Below are positions 52,643-62,985 of a stretch of 64,000 nucleotides of DNA, piece after piece. Positions within the stretch are counted from its first letter, which is position 1. Each line of letters opens with the position of its first letter. This stretch comes from Verrucomicrobiota bacterium. GTDB taxonomy: Bacteria > Verrucomicrobiota > Verrucomicrobiia > Limisphaerales > AAA164-E04. The translations under genes and the position numbers were made by a program. The stretch covers positions 5,632,001 to 5,696,000 of the forward strand of contig CP170459.1 in NCBI GenBank assembly GCA_047947115.1, given 5' to 3'. Below the pieces are notes generated by a model. It was given only the letters and a program-made list of their open reading frames with translations. It ran no database searches and was not told where the DNA came from.

Positions 52643-52713
52643 AGCGCCAATCGGCTCGAAGCGACGTCATTCACACAAACGCTCCGAACGATTCATCGTC
52701 CAATTTGACGACC

Positions 52714-52747
52714 GGCTCTGATGAAACCATTCATCAGAGCCTTTTTT
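52714..52747 (+). terminator. Intrinsic terminator after rho
   Basis: ggctctgatgaa-acca-ttcatcagagcc (12-bp perfect stem) followed by TTTTTT. Confidence 0.85.
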
Positions 52748-52758
52748 GCAACACCAAC

Positions 52759-53754
52759 ATGTCACGTTCAAAACTACATTCACGCCCTCCGATGGAGCGG
52801 ATGCTCAAAATCCACCATGCCATCCAGGCCGGAGGATATCCGAACGCCACCCGGCTCGCAGAACAATTGGAAGTGAGCACCAAATCCATCCACCGTGACA
52901 TTGAATTCATGCGGGATCGACTCGATCTGCCCGTGGAATATAATCCCGCCAAATACGGCTACCACTATTCGGAGGAAGTCAGCGCATTTCCCACCTTTCA
53001 GGTAACCGAAGGTGAGATGGTCGCTCTGCTGGTGGCGGAAAAGGCCCTGCAGCAATACCGCGGAACCACTTTCGAAAAACCGCTGCTCAGCGCTTTTCAA
53101 AAAATCGAGGAAGCGTTGCCCGACACCATTTCGTTGAACTTGTCGGAATGGGACGAATCAATTTCCTTTCGTACCAGCGCTATTCCCCAGTTGGACCTGG
53201 ACATCTTCGATCAGCTGGCCAAAGCGGTCTCCAGAAAGAAACAACTCGAACTGCAATACCGCAAGCCCGGGCAAAAGCAGGGCGAAGCACGTGTTGTCGA
53301 TCCCTACCATCTGGCCAACATCAACGGGGAATGGTTTCTATTTGCTCACTGTCATTTGAGAAAGGACCTTCGCACCTTTGCTCCGGCCCGCATCCTTTCG
53401 ATCAAAGAAACCGGCCAGTCATTTCAGCGCCCCAAACGATTTTCCATCGAAGACCGATTACAGGGCAGTTTCGGGGTACATGCTGGCAAGGAGAATTTCA
53501 AGGTGATCATCCGCTTCTCGCCACAATTAGCCGATTACATACGAGAAAAAACATGGCACCCGACTCAAGTAATCAAATCACTCCCCAACGACGGCATTGA
53601 ACTGGCCATCACCCTGAGCAGTCTCGTTGAGATTCATCGATGGGTGCTCGGTTGGGGCGAACACGCCGAAGTGATCGAGCCAAAAAATTTACGTGATCGA
53701 TTGCGTAAAAGTGCAGAAGACATCCTATCCACTTACGACAAGGATCTGCATTAA
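52759..53754 (+). CDS. HTH-WYL-WCX transcriptional regulator (PafB/YafY-like)
   Basis: LAEQLEVSTKSIHRDIEFMR (HTH), RVVDPYHL..GEWFLFAH..RTFAPARI (WYL), WHPTQ..WVLGWG..EVIEP..LR (WCX). Confidence 0.92.
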   Translation: MSRSKLHSRPPMERMLKIHHAIQAGGYPNATRLAEQLEVSTKSIHRDIEFMRDRLDLPVEYNPAKYGYHYSEEVSAFPTFQVTEGEMVALLVAEKALQQYRGTTFEKPLLSAFQKIEEALPDTISLNLSEWDESISFRTSAIPQLDLDIFDQLAKAVSRKKQLELQYRKPGQKQGEARVVDPYHLANINGEWFLFAHCHLRKDLRTFAPARILSIKETGQSFQRPKRFSIEDRLQGSFGVHAGKENFKVIIRFSPQLADYIREKTWHPTQVIKSLPNDGIELAITLSSLVEIHRWVLGWGEHAEVIEPKNLRDRLRKSAEDILSTYDKDLH

Positions 53755-53804
53755 CGAATGCATCAAGGCTTTATTTTTTCACGCCCGTTCCGATATCAAT
53801 CGAA

Positions 53805-53851
53805 GTGATGAATGCGGGGAGTTGGGGATCTTCTAAAACTCCTTTCATCAC
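53805..53851. terminator. Imperfect hairpin between convergent genes
   Basis: gtgatgaa...ggagtt / aactcc...ttcatcac nested complementarity; no clear U-tract. Confidence 0.35.
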
Positions 53852-53901
53852 CCTGAACATCGCGCTCATCCAATCAAAAACCACCAAGGTCGAAAGACCC
53901 T

Positions 53902-55608
53902 TCATAGTTCAGCTTCCATGCTTCTCAACAAACCGTCAGGCTCAAGAATGGCATGGGATACCATCGCACTCACCCGATCCTGTGCATTGGCGACGGCGTA
54001 GAATCGCAATTGAGGAGCGTTGCCTGAAGGACGGATATGCGCAATGTCACCATTGTCGAAGTAAAAGCGAACCCCATCGATGTAATTGATTCGTTGAATG
54101 CAACCATACCCGTGTTCAACAGTGAAATATTCGGAAGCCGCTTCACATAAATGTGCAATGGTCAGATTTTCTTCATAGGTCGCCGGACGTCTCTCGCCGT
54201 CATTCAACCTCAGATGAGCGCCTCCATCCCTGAGTTCCCAGTCAAGTAAGCCCTGTATGTCCGGCGTCCATTTCTTGAGAAGTGCGCGACTGGATTCCTG
54301 CGGAAACGCATCTATCAACCCAGCCTTCCCAAACCGGGCGGGAAGCGTTCCCATCAGATCCACCAAAGGCATCTGCCGTCCCAGCGAGGCGTGCAATACG
54401 GCCAGAATAGGAAGGAACGCATCACGCGTCGCCAATGCGGACAGCTTGCGCCCGTCGACCTTAATATCGGAACCCGTCAGAAAACCTCCATTGGCCTCCC
54501 AGCCCACCACGGAATCCACTCCCTGCGCCCGGAGGGCATTCATCGTTTGGATCACATGAGGCGAACCGATTCTTGTTTTGTAAGGATGAATGCCTCTGGC
54601 GGCGAAATGTGCGTCCACGGCATCATTGGCACTGATCGGAACCACCACTGCTTGGGCCTGTAGAAAATCGGCAACCAACACCCCCAGTAAATCTCCGTTC
54701 AAAAACTGCAGCCTGTTCCACCCGTCTACACCGCAGATCAGGGGCCGATCACTGTCACCGTCCGTGGAGAGCAAGGCATCGATGGTTTTGCCTTCTTCGG
54801 TATGCGTTTCGAGAAATGATTGCAATTGATTGAGTCGTTCCGCCGATATGTCCTCGGTGTCTATGGAAACAAAGGACTCGCTTCTTCCAACAACAATGAC
54901 CGTGGCTCCAAACGACTCCAGCAACGTCACCAGCATGTCGCGTCCCACCGCCGAGTGTTGGTACACCAGCAATCTCCGGTCCTTGAGAAAATCTTGAGGA
55001 AAAAAATCTCGATAACGCTTCAAATACCATCCCCCAGCCTCCTCTTCCAGGTCTGGCAGCGTCGGAATGTGTTCCGCCTTGAACCATCCAGAATCATCAA
55101 AGAGGGAGCGATCTTGCGGCATCGCATATTGAATTCTTCGAACCCCCAATACGGAGGACAGGATCGCGGACTCATCGGACTTGAGCACTTCCCCGGAGGG
55201 TTTGTTGAATTTAATGCCGTTACGATCAAATGGAATATGACTCCCGGTCACCATGATGCTCGCCCACCCATGATGCACGGCGTAAGCAGTCAGGGCGGGA
55301 GTCGGAATTCTTCCCAGGTAACGGGGTTTCAACCCGGAATCCTCCAGCGCCTTGACCACCGCGCGCAAGATGCTTCTGTCAGAACTGTCCGTACTGGGCC
55401 GCAAATCTCCCGCCAGGCAAACCGCTTCCCCAACCTGTATCAGTTGTTGTTCGATCAGAAAATCCAAAAAGCCGGCTGTGTTGACATACACTTCCAGATC
55501 GGTCATTTCCTCAACCAAACCCCGAAGTCCGCTGGTCCCAAACTTCAATGTGCCGGGCACCTGACCGCGAAAAGTTTCGTCGTTGTGATGATTATTGGAT
55601 GATATCAT
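53902..55608 (-). CDS. manB: Phosphomannomutase/phosphoglucomutase family
   Basis: FGTSGLRG, TGSHIP (phosphoserine), DGDSDR (metal loop), GWEANGG, RPSGNAP. Confidence 0.88.
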   Translation of the reverse strand: MISSNNHHNDETFRGQVPGTLKFGTSGLRGLVEEMTDLEVYVNTAGFLDFLIEQQLIQVGEAVCLAGDLRPSTDSSDRSILRAVVKALEDSGLKPRYLGRIPTPALTAYAVHHGWASIMVTGSHIPFDRNGIKFNKPSGEVLKSDESAILSSVLGVRRIQYAMPQDRSLFDDSGWFKAEHIPTLPDLEEEAGGWYLKRYRDFFPQDFLKDRRLLVYQHSAVGRDMLVTLLESFGATVIVVGRSESFVSIDTEDISAERLNQLQSFLETHTEEGKTIDALLSTDGDSDRPLICGVDGWNRLQFLNGDLLGVLVADFLQAQAVVVPISANDAVDAHFAARGIHPYKTRIGSPHVIQTMNALRAQGVDSVVGWEANGGFLTGSDIKVDGRKLSALATRDAFLPILAVLHASLGRQMPLVDLMGTLPARFGKAGLIDAFPQESSRALLKKWTPDIQGLLDWELRDGGAHLRLNDGERRPATYEENLTIAHLCEAASEYFTVEHGYGCIQRINYIDGVRFYFDNGDIAHIRPSGNAPQLRFYAVANAQDRVSAMVSHAILEPDGLLRSMEAEL

Positions 55609-55610
55609 GT

Positions 55611-56858
55611 CTATATCGGTACAATGGCCCGAAACAGAGTCAGGCCTTCAGGAAGTTCCACAGTATAATTCAAACCGCAACAAATCAACACCGGCTTTGG
55701 ATCCGTGAGGGTCAATGAGTCACGCTCGCCGCGAATAATGGGCGCTTCCTTTGCGTTTGCGCGGGAAGGAAACAAAATTTCCGGGCTCCTGGATGTTAAC
55801 TCGAAGCTCCGAGGACCGCCTTTGGCATCCATTCGTTGCAATTCAAACTCGGATGCCGTTGTCACAAATCGCGCCAGCCCCGGAATGTTTGTATCAGGCA
55901 ATGCTTCAAGTATTTCAATCGATTCACCTTCAAAGGCCACTTCCCTGATCAATTCCCCCACATCCACATGTTTGGGCGTTAACCCACCCCGAAGGACGTT
56001 GTTGGAATTGGCCATTAATTCCATCCCCACCCCCTCAAGGTAAGCATGCAGCACACCGGCCGGAAGGAACATCGCCTGTCCCGGCTGAAGGCAGACCAGG
56101 TTCAAAAGGAATACGGCAAACAGCCCTCGGTCGTGTCGCCCACCTCCGGAATAACAAGCATCCGATCTCAACACCCAGTATTCACGGTCTGATTTGGAAT
56201 AAGGGGAGGACAGGTGATTGGACTTCAACCGTTCCACTACCGGATGCAACACTTGATGCACCTCTTCATCCTTCATGCGCATGAAGCGTTCATAAACGGC
56301 TTTCAATGATGCCGCATCACCGGAAAACTGCTCGGCGAAGGAATTGAATTCGGGCACGGATTCCAGCGTTTCCTTGATGGCTTCAAAAGGTCGAAACCCT
56401 CTCAGTCCATAAAAAGGTTCCAACGCCATCATCAATTCAGGCTTATGGTTGTCGTCCCTGTAATTTCTATGCGGAGCATTCAGCGGAACACCTAATTCAT
56501 TCTCTTTCAAAAACCCCTGTTCAGCTGCCTGTTTGGACGGGTGAACCTGAATGGAAAGCGGTTCGGCAGCCGCCAGAAGTTTGAACAGAAACGGCAACCG
56601 ATCATCAAAAGCTCTTGCAACCTCATTCCCCAAAACAACTCGTGGATGCTTCGCGATCAGCTCATTCAACGGAACAACATGCCCTCCCAATTCCGCATCA
56701 CAAGGAAGGTCAGGGTGCGCCCCCATCCAGTATTCTGCACAAGGTTTCCCTGAAGGGTTCTCCAGATGCAGCATGCGAGGAATGGCCACAGGATCCCCCC
56801 ATGCATAGTGCTGCATATGCGCCCTTAAGGGATAGATGTCCGGAACCAGCTTTTCCAT
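55611..56858 (-). CDS. manA: Mannose-6-phosphate isomerase, class I
   Basis: YAWG, AEYWMGAHP, LPFLFKLL, LSIQVHP, YRDDNHKPE, HAYLEG, ELMANSNNVLRGGLTPK. Confidence 0.93.
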   Translation of the reverse strand: MEKLVPDIYPLRAHMQHYAWGDPVAIPRMLHLENPSGKPCAEYWMGAHPDLPCDAELGGHVVPLNELIAKHPRVVLGNEVARAFDDRLPFLFKLLAAAEPLSIQVHPSKQAAEQGFLKENELGVPLNAPHRNYRDDNHKPELMMALEPFYGLRGFRPFEAIKETLESVPEFNSFAEQFSGDAASLKAVYERFMRMKDEEVHQVLHPVVERLKSNHLSSPYSKSDREYWVLRSDACYSGGGRHDRGLFAVFLLNLVCLQPGQAMFLPAGVLHAYLEGVGMELMANSNNVLRGGLTPKHVDVGELIREVAFEGESIEILEALPDTNIPGLARFVTTASEFELQRMDAKGGPRSFELTSRSPEILFPSRANAKEAPIIRGERDSLTLTDPKPVLICCGLNYTVELPEGLTLFRAIVPI

Positions 56859-56950
56859 TCTCCAAACAAAGCGGCAGTACCCCCATCTGTCAACGAGGAA
56901 ACCCGCAGACTGTCATTGCCTACAAGAATCCCTTCTTTTACACTCCCCCC

Positions 56951-58774
56951 ATGCAACAAACCAAGTCCTTATTGTTTCACATAAACGCCTTTTTCCGTCA
57001 GGGAACAAAATGGGCGACCTGCCTGGCTTTGTTGGCGTCGGGATCTTGTCTTTCGCTTCACTTGCAAGCCGCCCGGAAAGGGGATCGTCCCAACGTCATT
57101 GTCGTCATCACCGACGACCAGGGATACGGAGATTTCGGGTTCAATGGCAATCCGACCCTCCGCACACCGCATCTTGACGCACTGGAAGCTGCCAGCGCGA
57201 AAATGACCCAATACTATGTGAGTCCAGTTTGCGCCCCCACCCGGGCCTGCCTGATGACCGGTCGCTACAACTATCGCACCCGATGCATCGATACCTACAT
57301 CGGACGCGCCATGATGGATCCGGAGGAAAAAACATTGGCGGAAAGGTTGTTTGAACAGGGATACGCGACTGGGATTTTCGGAAAATGGCACATGGGCGAC
57401 AACTATCCCTTGCGAGCTATTGACCAGGGGTTTGAGGAAGCCCTGGTGCTGCGAGGCGGCGGGATCGGGCAACCCTCCGACCCGATCGGAGCTGAAGGCA
57501 AATACACCGACCCCACACTGTTCCACAACGGGAAGGCGGTGGAAATGAAAGGCTACTGTACGGACATCTACTTTGACCACGCTTTACGTTTTATGCAGCA
57601 AAGCAAAGAACGTAACAGACCCTTCTTCGTTTACCTTCCCACCAACGCGCCGCACGGCCCCTTTCACGACGTTCCGCAAAAAGAGTATGATTACTACAAA
57701 TCCATCAACCTTGCGAACGACCAGTTTCCGCAAAGCAAAGGACATCGCCTCCCTCAGAATGCGGATCTGGACAAACGCGCACGTATTTTCGCCATGATCG
57801 ATAACATCGATCAAAACATCGGAAAGCTGAAACAAGGCCTGGAATCGATGGAACTGTTGGACAACACACTGATCTTGTTCATGGTCGACAACGGCCCTAA
57901 CGGACGCCGCTACGTCGCCGGTCACCAGGGCATGAAATCACACGTCCACGAGGGAGGCATCCGTTCCCCCCTGCTCCTCCACTGGCCCGCACGCTTGAAG
58001 CCGGGAACCAGCTCCGACACCGTCACCGCACACATCGACATTGCTCCAACTATTCTGGATGCCTGTGGTATCCGGTCCAGCAAAGGTCCGGAAATGGACG
58101 GACGCAGCTTTCTGGGCTTTCTGACCGGACGCAAACCTCTCTGGACCGATCGCATGGTAGTCATTCAATCCCACCGTGGTGACACACCGGTTCGTTATCA
58201 TCATTTTGCGGCACGCACCCAGAGATGGAAACTGCTCCATGCTTCCGGTTTTGGCAATGAATCCTTCGAAGGTGAACCCAGGTTCGAGCTTTATGACATG
58301 GATCTCGATGCTTACGAAGAAAACAACCTCGCATCCACCTTTCCCCACATCGTTCAATATATGAAATCAGCTTATGACGCATGGTTCGACGATGTGAGCA
58401 GCACGCGTCCCGACAACTACGCCCCTCCGAGCATCCTGATCGGATCGCCGAAGGAAAATCCGACGATTCTAACGCGTCAGGACTGGCGTCACCTCAAGGG
58501 GCGTCCATGGGGAGCGGATTCTAATGGCGAATGGTGGGTGGAGTTCCTTCACGCCGGAAGCTATGAGGTCATTCTCCATGACAAGAACGCCACGGCACCC
58601 GATGCCGTCACACTCACCATCGGGGAACAGGAATGGTCCCAGTCTGTCAATGAATCTCAAGGAACGTTTTCCTTCCAAATCGCCATCTCGACTCCAGGCA
58701 AAAAGAAGATCAAAGCCAATCTTTCCCGTGGCACCAATGTCATGGGACCACACCAGATAGAGATTAGAAAATAA
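56951..58774 (+). CDS. Arylsulfatase
   Basis: Start moved to MQQTKS; PNVIVVITDDQG, CAPTRACLMTG, GKWH, APHGP, DNG. Confidence 0.92.
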   Translation: MQQTKSLLFHINAFFRQGTKWATCLALLASGSCLSLHLQAARKGDRPNVIVVITDDQGYGDFGFNGNPTLRTPHLDALEAASAKMTQYYVSPVCAPTRACLMTGRYNYRTRCIDTYIGRAMMDPEEKTLAERLFEQGYATGIFGKWHMGDNYPLRAIDQGFEEALVLRGGGIGQPSDPIGAEGKYTDPTLFHNGKAVEMKGYCTDIYFDHALRFMQQSKERNRPFFVYLPTNAPHGPFHDVPQKEYDYYKSINLANDQFPQSKGHRLPQNADLDKRARIFAMIDNIDQNIGKLKQGLESMELLDNTLILFMVDNGPNGRRYVAGHQGMKSHVHEGGIRSPLLLHWPARLKPGTSSDTVTAHIDIAPTILDACGIRSSKGPEMDGRSFLGFLTGRKPLWTDRMVVIQSHRGDTPVRYHHFAARTQRWKLLHASGFGNESFEGEPRFELYDMDLDAYEENNLASTFPHIVQYMKSAYDAWFDDVSSTRPDNYAPPSILIGSPKENPTILTRQDWRHLKGRPWGADSNGEWWVEFLHAGSYEVILHDKNATAPDAVTLTIGEQEWSQSVNESQGTFSFQIAISTPGKKKIKANLSRGTNVMGPHQIEIRK

Positions 58775-58818
58775 GCATTCACCGTTCCCGGCAGGGAAAA
58801 AACCGGCAAGAAGATCAA

Positions 58819-60279
58819 TCACATCAGAAAAGCGTTTTTCAGTGATTTAAAAACGTGTCCCATTCGCTTCAGGATGTAATCTTTGACACTCTCCTGTGTT
58901 TGTTCGACTTCTTCTCGCGGCAAACGGCCTGCCTCCATCAGGTGTTTCTTGCGTATGGCTGCCGTCTCGGCAAGATGCCTGGCCACATCTGGCCGACGTG
59001 TCAGAATTTCTTCCATCGCTGGTTTGTCGATCTCGAACAACACTGTATCAGTGGCAGCCATGACCGTTGCGGAACGTTCCGCTCCGGTAAGCAGACACAT
59101 TTCGCCAAAATAATCCCCCGGCCCGATTTCAGACACGTGGACAACCTGACCGTCCATTTCGGATTCGGTGCAGACATCCAGCAAGCCCTCGACCACCAGA
59201 AACATCGAGGAACCTTGCTGCCCTTTGACCACCACCGAATCACCCGCTTTGCAGGTGTGCTCCGTCAAATGTTCTGAGAGCAATCGGAACTCCTCCGACT
59301 GAAAGGAACCAAAAAGCTCCACCCTCTGCAGGATGGCTTCACGGTCGTGTTGACGATCCAGTTGTCGATGCGGCATGCGTGCCAGGTAAAGGTCCTGTTT
59401 GGGGTAGGCCAGACTGAGTCCAGCATGGTGCATGTGCTCCAATACGCTGCGAGTCACTGCATGTCTGCCCTTACGGGGTGATGTCTGGACAGGATCGAGC
59501 CAGTATCGCACTTTATATTCCACTCCATTGGAGGTCACGGAATCCACCATCGCTTTCGGTTTGGGATCTTTCAACACGCCCTTCGCAGCACACACACCTG
59601 CGCTCAACACACGCAGCGCACGTTCGGTCGGAATCCCAAACTCCAGACAAAACGAATGATCAAAACGACTTTTGGGTTCGGGCCGGCTCAGATTTACCAT
59701 CACGATGCTGCTGATCATGCTGTTGGGAATAGCAATGGTGGTGTTGTCGTTTTTCTGAATCCGGGTGGATCGCCAACTGATTTCAACAACACGCCCACGC
59801 ATGGGCTCCACGCTGCGGGGATGCAATTCAACCCATTCCCCTATCTTGAAAGGCTGATCAATGTTCAGGGCGATACCCGAAAAAACGTCTGCTATCATAT
59901 TGCGCAAGGCGAAACCCACAACAATCCCCATCACCCCCGAAGTGGCCCAGATGCCCGCCACAGATTGACCGAACACCAAACTCGCAATGGTCATGGCCGC
60001 CATCAAAAAGATGATGCCGGCAAAAAGATCCTTGAGCAGTCTGGGAACAGGTGAGGAAAGACGCTTCTCGAGCAAGGTCCACACGAAAACATCCACCAAT
60101 CTCACCTCCAGCCAGGCCAATGCAAAACCAACCCCCGTCCCGAAACCCCATTTCAGCACACGTTCCAGCGCGTCGGTGGCCTGTTGATCCCATCTGTCGA
60201 TGATCTCCCACCCCGGCAGCAGCAGCAGGGTCAGGATCGCGATGGGCCACAGCAACTTTTTCAAAGCATCCACCCACAT
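58819..60279 (-). CDS. MscS-family channel with C-terminal cyclic-nucleotide-binding domain (bCNG-like)
   Basis: Start moved to MWVDALKK (GAGGAGG upstream); GIVVGFALRNMIADVFSG, PFKIGEWV, GRVVEISWRST, IPNS; CNBD GSSMFLVVEG..GDYFGEMCLL..RSATV. Confidence 0.9.
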   Translation of the reverse strand: MWVDALKKLLWPIAILTLLLLPGWEIIDRWDQQATDALERVLKWGFGTGVGFALAWLEVRLVDVFVWTLLEKRLSSPVPRLLKDLFAGIIFLMAAMTIASLVFGQSVAGIWATSGVMGIVVGFALRNMIADVFSGIALNIDQPFKIGEWVELHPRSVEPMRGRVVEISWRSTRIQKNDNTTIAIPNSMISSIVMVNLSRPEPKSRFDHSFCLEFGIPTERALRVLSAGVCAAKGVLKDPKPKAMVDSVTSNGVEYKVRYWLDPVQTSPRKGRHAVTRSVLEHMHHAGLSLAYPKQDLYLARMPHRQLDRQHDREAILQRVELFGSFQSEEFRLLSEHLTEHTCKAGDSVVVKGQQGSSMFLVVEGLLDVCTESEMDGQVVHVSEIGPGDYFGEMCLLTGAERSATVMAATDTVLFEIDKPAMEEILTRRPDVARHLAETAAIRKKHLMEAGRLPREEVEQTQESVKDYILKRMGHVFKSLKNAFLM

Positions 60280-60283
60280 GAGA

Positions 60284-62743
60284 TCAATCCTCCTCGTTGA
60301 ATTGCAGCTGGGCCGATGCTTTCTCAAGATCCGCCATGGCGCGGTCCAGTTGATTCAAGGCGGCGGCGTAATAATGCTCACTATGGAAAAAGTATGTGGC
60401 CACTTCACGGTCAATCAAATGGGTCTCCTGGGGATTCGGATCAGGAATGAGCAACACTTTTCCATAACGGAATTTGTTCAGATTGATCTGCGACGTTCCG
60501 CCGTTCAATCCGATGACTTCTTTAAGGAGCACCGCCCTTCTCAGACGCTCCAAATCATCCGGATGATGCAACACGATAGCAGAACGAGGACGCCCTTGAT
60601 CATCAGGCTGATTGTATTCCCACAGAATTTTCCCCCAGGAGTCCTCGTCTGGACACTCAATGACTTGAATCTGCGGAATCGCAGATTCATTGAGGGTGGA
60701 GGTCACCGAGACCGAATCCGTATCGACATACTGAAACACAAGTGCCTGCTTGGGATGCGATTCAAACCAGCCATTGAGGGCTTGTCCATCCCCTGAAAGA
60801 TCCAATTCCAGCGCGTCTGACAAAAACTTCACATCATACCCGCCATCCCGTTGACCGGCGAAATAAATGATACGCCCCAATCCCACTCGCTGATCCATCC
60901 AATCCGCCTCCTGACCGGACAACCGTTTCAGGACTTCATAAATCATGCGATGTACCAATACATCTTCACCGGCGATGCGTTCATCAATGAATTGGTTGAA
61001 TGGATATCGCAGGGTGAGGGTCGGATTCTCCACAGCCCAACGCCGCACCCGTGAACGCCATTCACCAAGGGCTTCATTTTGTTCCAGAAAGGACAGGTCA
61101 AAAACATCTTTGGCTCTTATGCGATAGGCATCACGAAACAGAGCATTGGAGAACTGGTCAAAACGATCCTCATCCTTTGGCAGAAACCTGCCCAATGCCT
61201 CTTCGGACAAGCGATCAGCCAGCACGTGTGGGGTCAGAACAATGATCACCTCCCGTTTGGACGCGGTCACGCGCGAGGAACGAAACAGTTTACCGAGATA
61301 AGGAATGGAACTCAGCAAAGGCACCCGTCGGCGTTGAGTAACCTGGTCGCGCGTGACCAGACCGCCGATAATAAAAGGCGTGTTGTTCTCGATGCGGGCA
61401 TAGGTCTGAACACGACGCGTGGCCACTGTGGGGGCGGCGGCAAGTATTTCACCTGTTCTTGCCTTCAGTTCAAGGTCCGCACCTGGAATGGGGGAGGATA
61501 CAATGGTATCCACCATCATGCTGACCTCTCGCTTTGATTCGGCAACGCGCGGGCGAACATTCAGCGAGATACCTGTTGGCAGATAATTGAATTGAAAAGC
61601 AATCTTGTTCGAATTGTCGGCAACCCCTTCCTGCGAAGTGGCGATCGGAATGTCGGTCCCCACGCGAATGGTTGCTTGTCGGTTGTTCAGGGTCAGCACA
61701 CTGGGGCGTGACAGAATTTCCGCCTTACCATCTTCGATCAAAGCCCGCACCCTCGCCTGCCATTCCTTGGCCAAATCCTGTGCGCTGTCAAAGGTAAACC
61801 CCAGGGTTTCCGCAGCATTCACACCTGGAGCAAGATCACCTCCGGCCACATTGAACTTCCCCTCCTGAAATGCCCAATCAATCCCAAGATCCTTGAGCCC
61901 TTCCTCACTGATTTCCAACACCAAGCCTTCCACAAAAATCTGGATGGCAGGTTGATCGATATGATGCTTGAGCACGTCACGCAAACGCCCCCACTGATCA
62001 GGATGCGCCGCATGGTAGTAAACCAGCAGTTGGTCGGACCTGGCCGAATTGGCGTTGTTCGGGATCTCCGTGGACATCTGAGGGCTGACGGAAACATTGA
62101 AGTTGGATTTGTTTTCCTGGACTTTAGTGCCTCCAACCAAGGCCGTCTGTTCGCTGGAAGGAGTGGGCATCGGTGCCACCAAGGGCAATTGATCGAACGC
62201 AAGGGGCCAGGTAATTTCCCCCACGGAATTCAACGCATCGAAGCCAAACCCCTTGAGTGCCTCCAATGAGCCTTTGATATCAATGTAACTCAACCGAACA
62301 ATTTCGTAGCTTAAATCCTCCTGACGCAACCCTTCACGCATGGTTTGAATGGACTGGATGGAATCGGCAATCATTTGCTCAACAACATCCACATCGGGAT
62401 TCCTTTTTGTTGCATCATTGGATTCAATCATTCCGTGAACCCAGAACATGGGAGGGCGGGATAGAAACACTTTAATGGCAAAAAAGAGTCGTTGATTTTC
62501 CTTTTCCAGCACTGACCGATGAGTCAAACCTTGCGGAAAAGTTTCTTTCGAAGCCGCTTCAACCACAGTTCTGTAACCATGCTCGAGTGTGAGTTGCAGA
62601 TTCAAAGTATCCACCAGCTCGGACAACTCCACTTCGCTCATTTTAGGCAAGGGAACCAGGCGCGATAGATCCTCCGCCTTAAGGCCGCAACATGCCGCGA
62701 GTGCATGAAAAAAAATGCACAAAAAGATGATTTTACTCCTCAT
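60284..62743 (-). CDS. Secretin (type II/III secretion family) with long C-terminal extension
   Basis: QIFVEGLVLEI..LGIDW, ILSRPSVLTLNNRQATIRVG, GISLNVRPRV, FIIGGL, VPLLSSIPYLGKLF, EVIIVLTPHVL; ~310 aa follow. Confidence 0.88.
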   Translation of the reverse strand: MRSKIIFLCIFFHALAACCGLKAEDLSRLVPLPKMSEVELSELVDTLNLQLTLEHGYRTVVEAASKETFPQGLTHRSVLEKENQRLFFAIKVFLSRPPMFWVHGMIESNDATKRNPDVDVVEQMIADSIQSIQTMREGLRQEDLSYEIVRLSYIDIKGSLEALKGFGFDALNSVGEITWPLAFDQLPLVAPMPTPSSEQTALVGGTKVQENKSNFNVSVSPQMSTEIPNNANSARSDQLLVYYHAAHPDQWGRLRDVLKHHIDQPAIQIFVEGLVLEISEEGLKDLGIDWAFQEGKFNVAGGDLAPGVNAAETLGFTFDSAQDLAKEWQARVRALIEDGKAEILSRPSVLTLNNRQATIRVGTDIPIATSQEGVADNSNKIAFQFNYLPTGISLNVRPRVAESKREVSMMVDTIVSSPIPGADLELKARTGEILAAAPTVATRRVQTYARIENNTPFIIGGLVTRDQVTQRRRVPLLSSIPYLGKLFRSSRVTASKREVIIVLTPHVLADRLSEEALGRFLPKDEDRFDQFSNALFRDAYRIRAKDVFDLSFLEQNEALGEWRSRVRRWAVENPTLTLRYPFNQFIDERIAGEDVLVHRMIYEVLKRLSGQEADWMDQRVGLGRIIYFAGQRDGGYDVKFLSDALELDLSGDGQALNGWFESHPKQALVFQYVDTDSVSVTSTLNESAIPQIQVIECPDEDSWGKILWEYNQPDDQGRPRSAIVLHHPDDLERLRRAVLLKEVIGLNGGTSQINLNKFRYGKVLLIPDPNPQETHLIDREVATYFFHSEHYYAAALNQLDRAMADLEKASAQLQFNEED

Positions 62744-62985
62744 TATGACTCCTGTGATAAGAATTCTTCGCCAGGAGGCTCACCCGCCGTAGAATCCGCT
62801 AAAGAAAACCGATGCTGCCATAAATTTTAAAAACAATCAACCTAATTGCATACAACAGCCAAGTCATGAGGTATTCACTTTCTGTATGCAGGAAGGCACG
62901 AATTCATCATATCAAATACACGCCTCACACATCTTCAAGCACTTTAAGTTTGATCTGGCACTTCATTTCCTTAACCGTAAATGCC

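Noticed and set aside
52759..53754. WYL gene as marker of a defence island
   Set aside because: Neighbours are rho and manB; no nuclease, CRISPR, RM or toxin genes in the window.
56615..56950. N-terminal extension of the arylsulfatase ORF
   Set aside because: Overlaps manA on the opposite strand; the signal peptide fits a start at 56951 or later.
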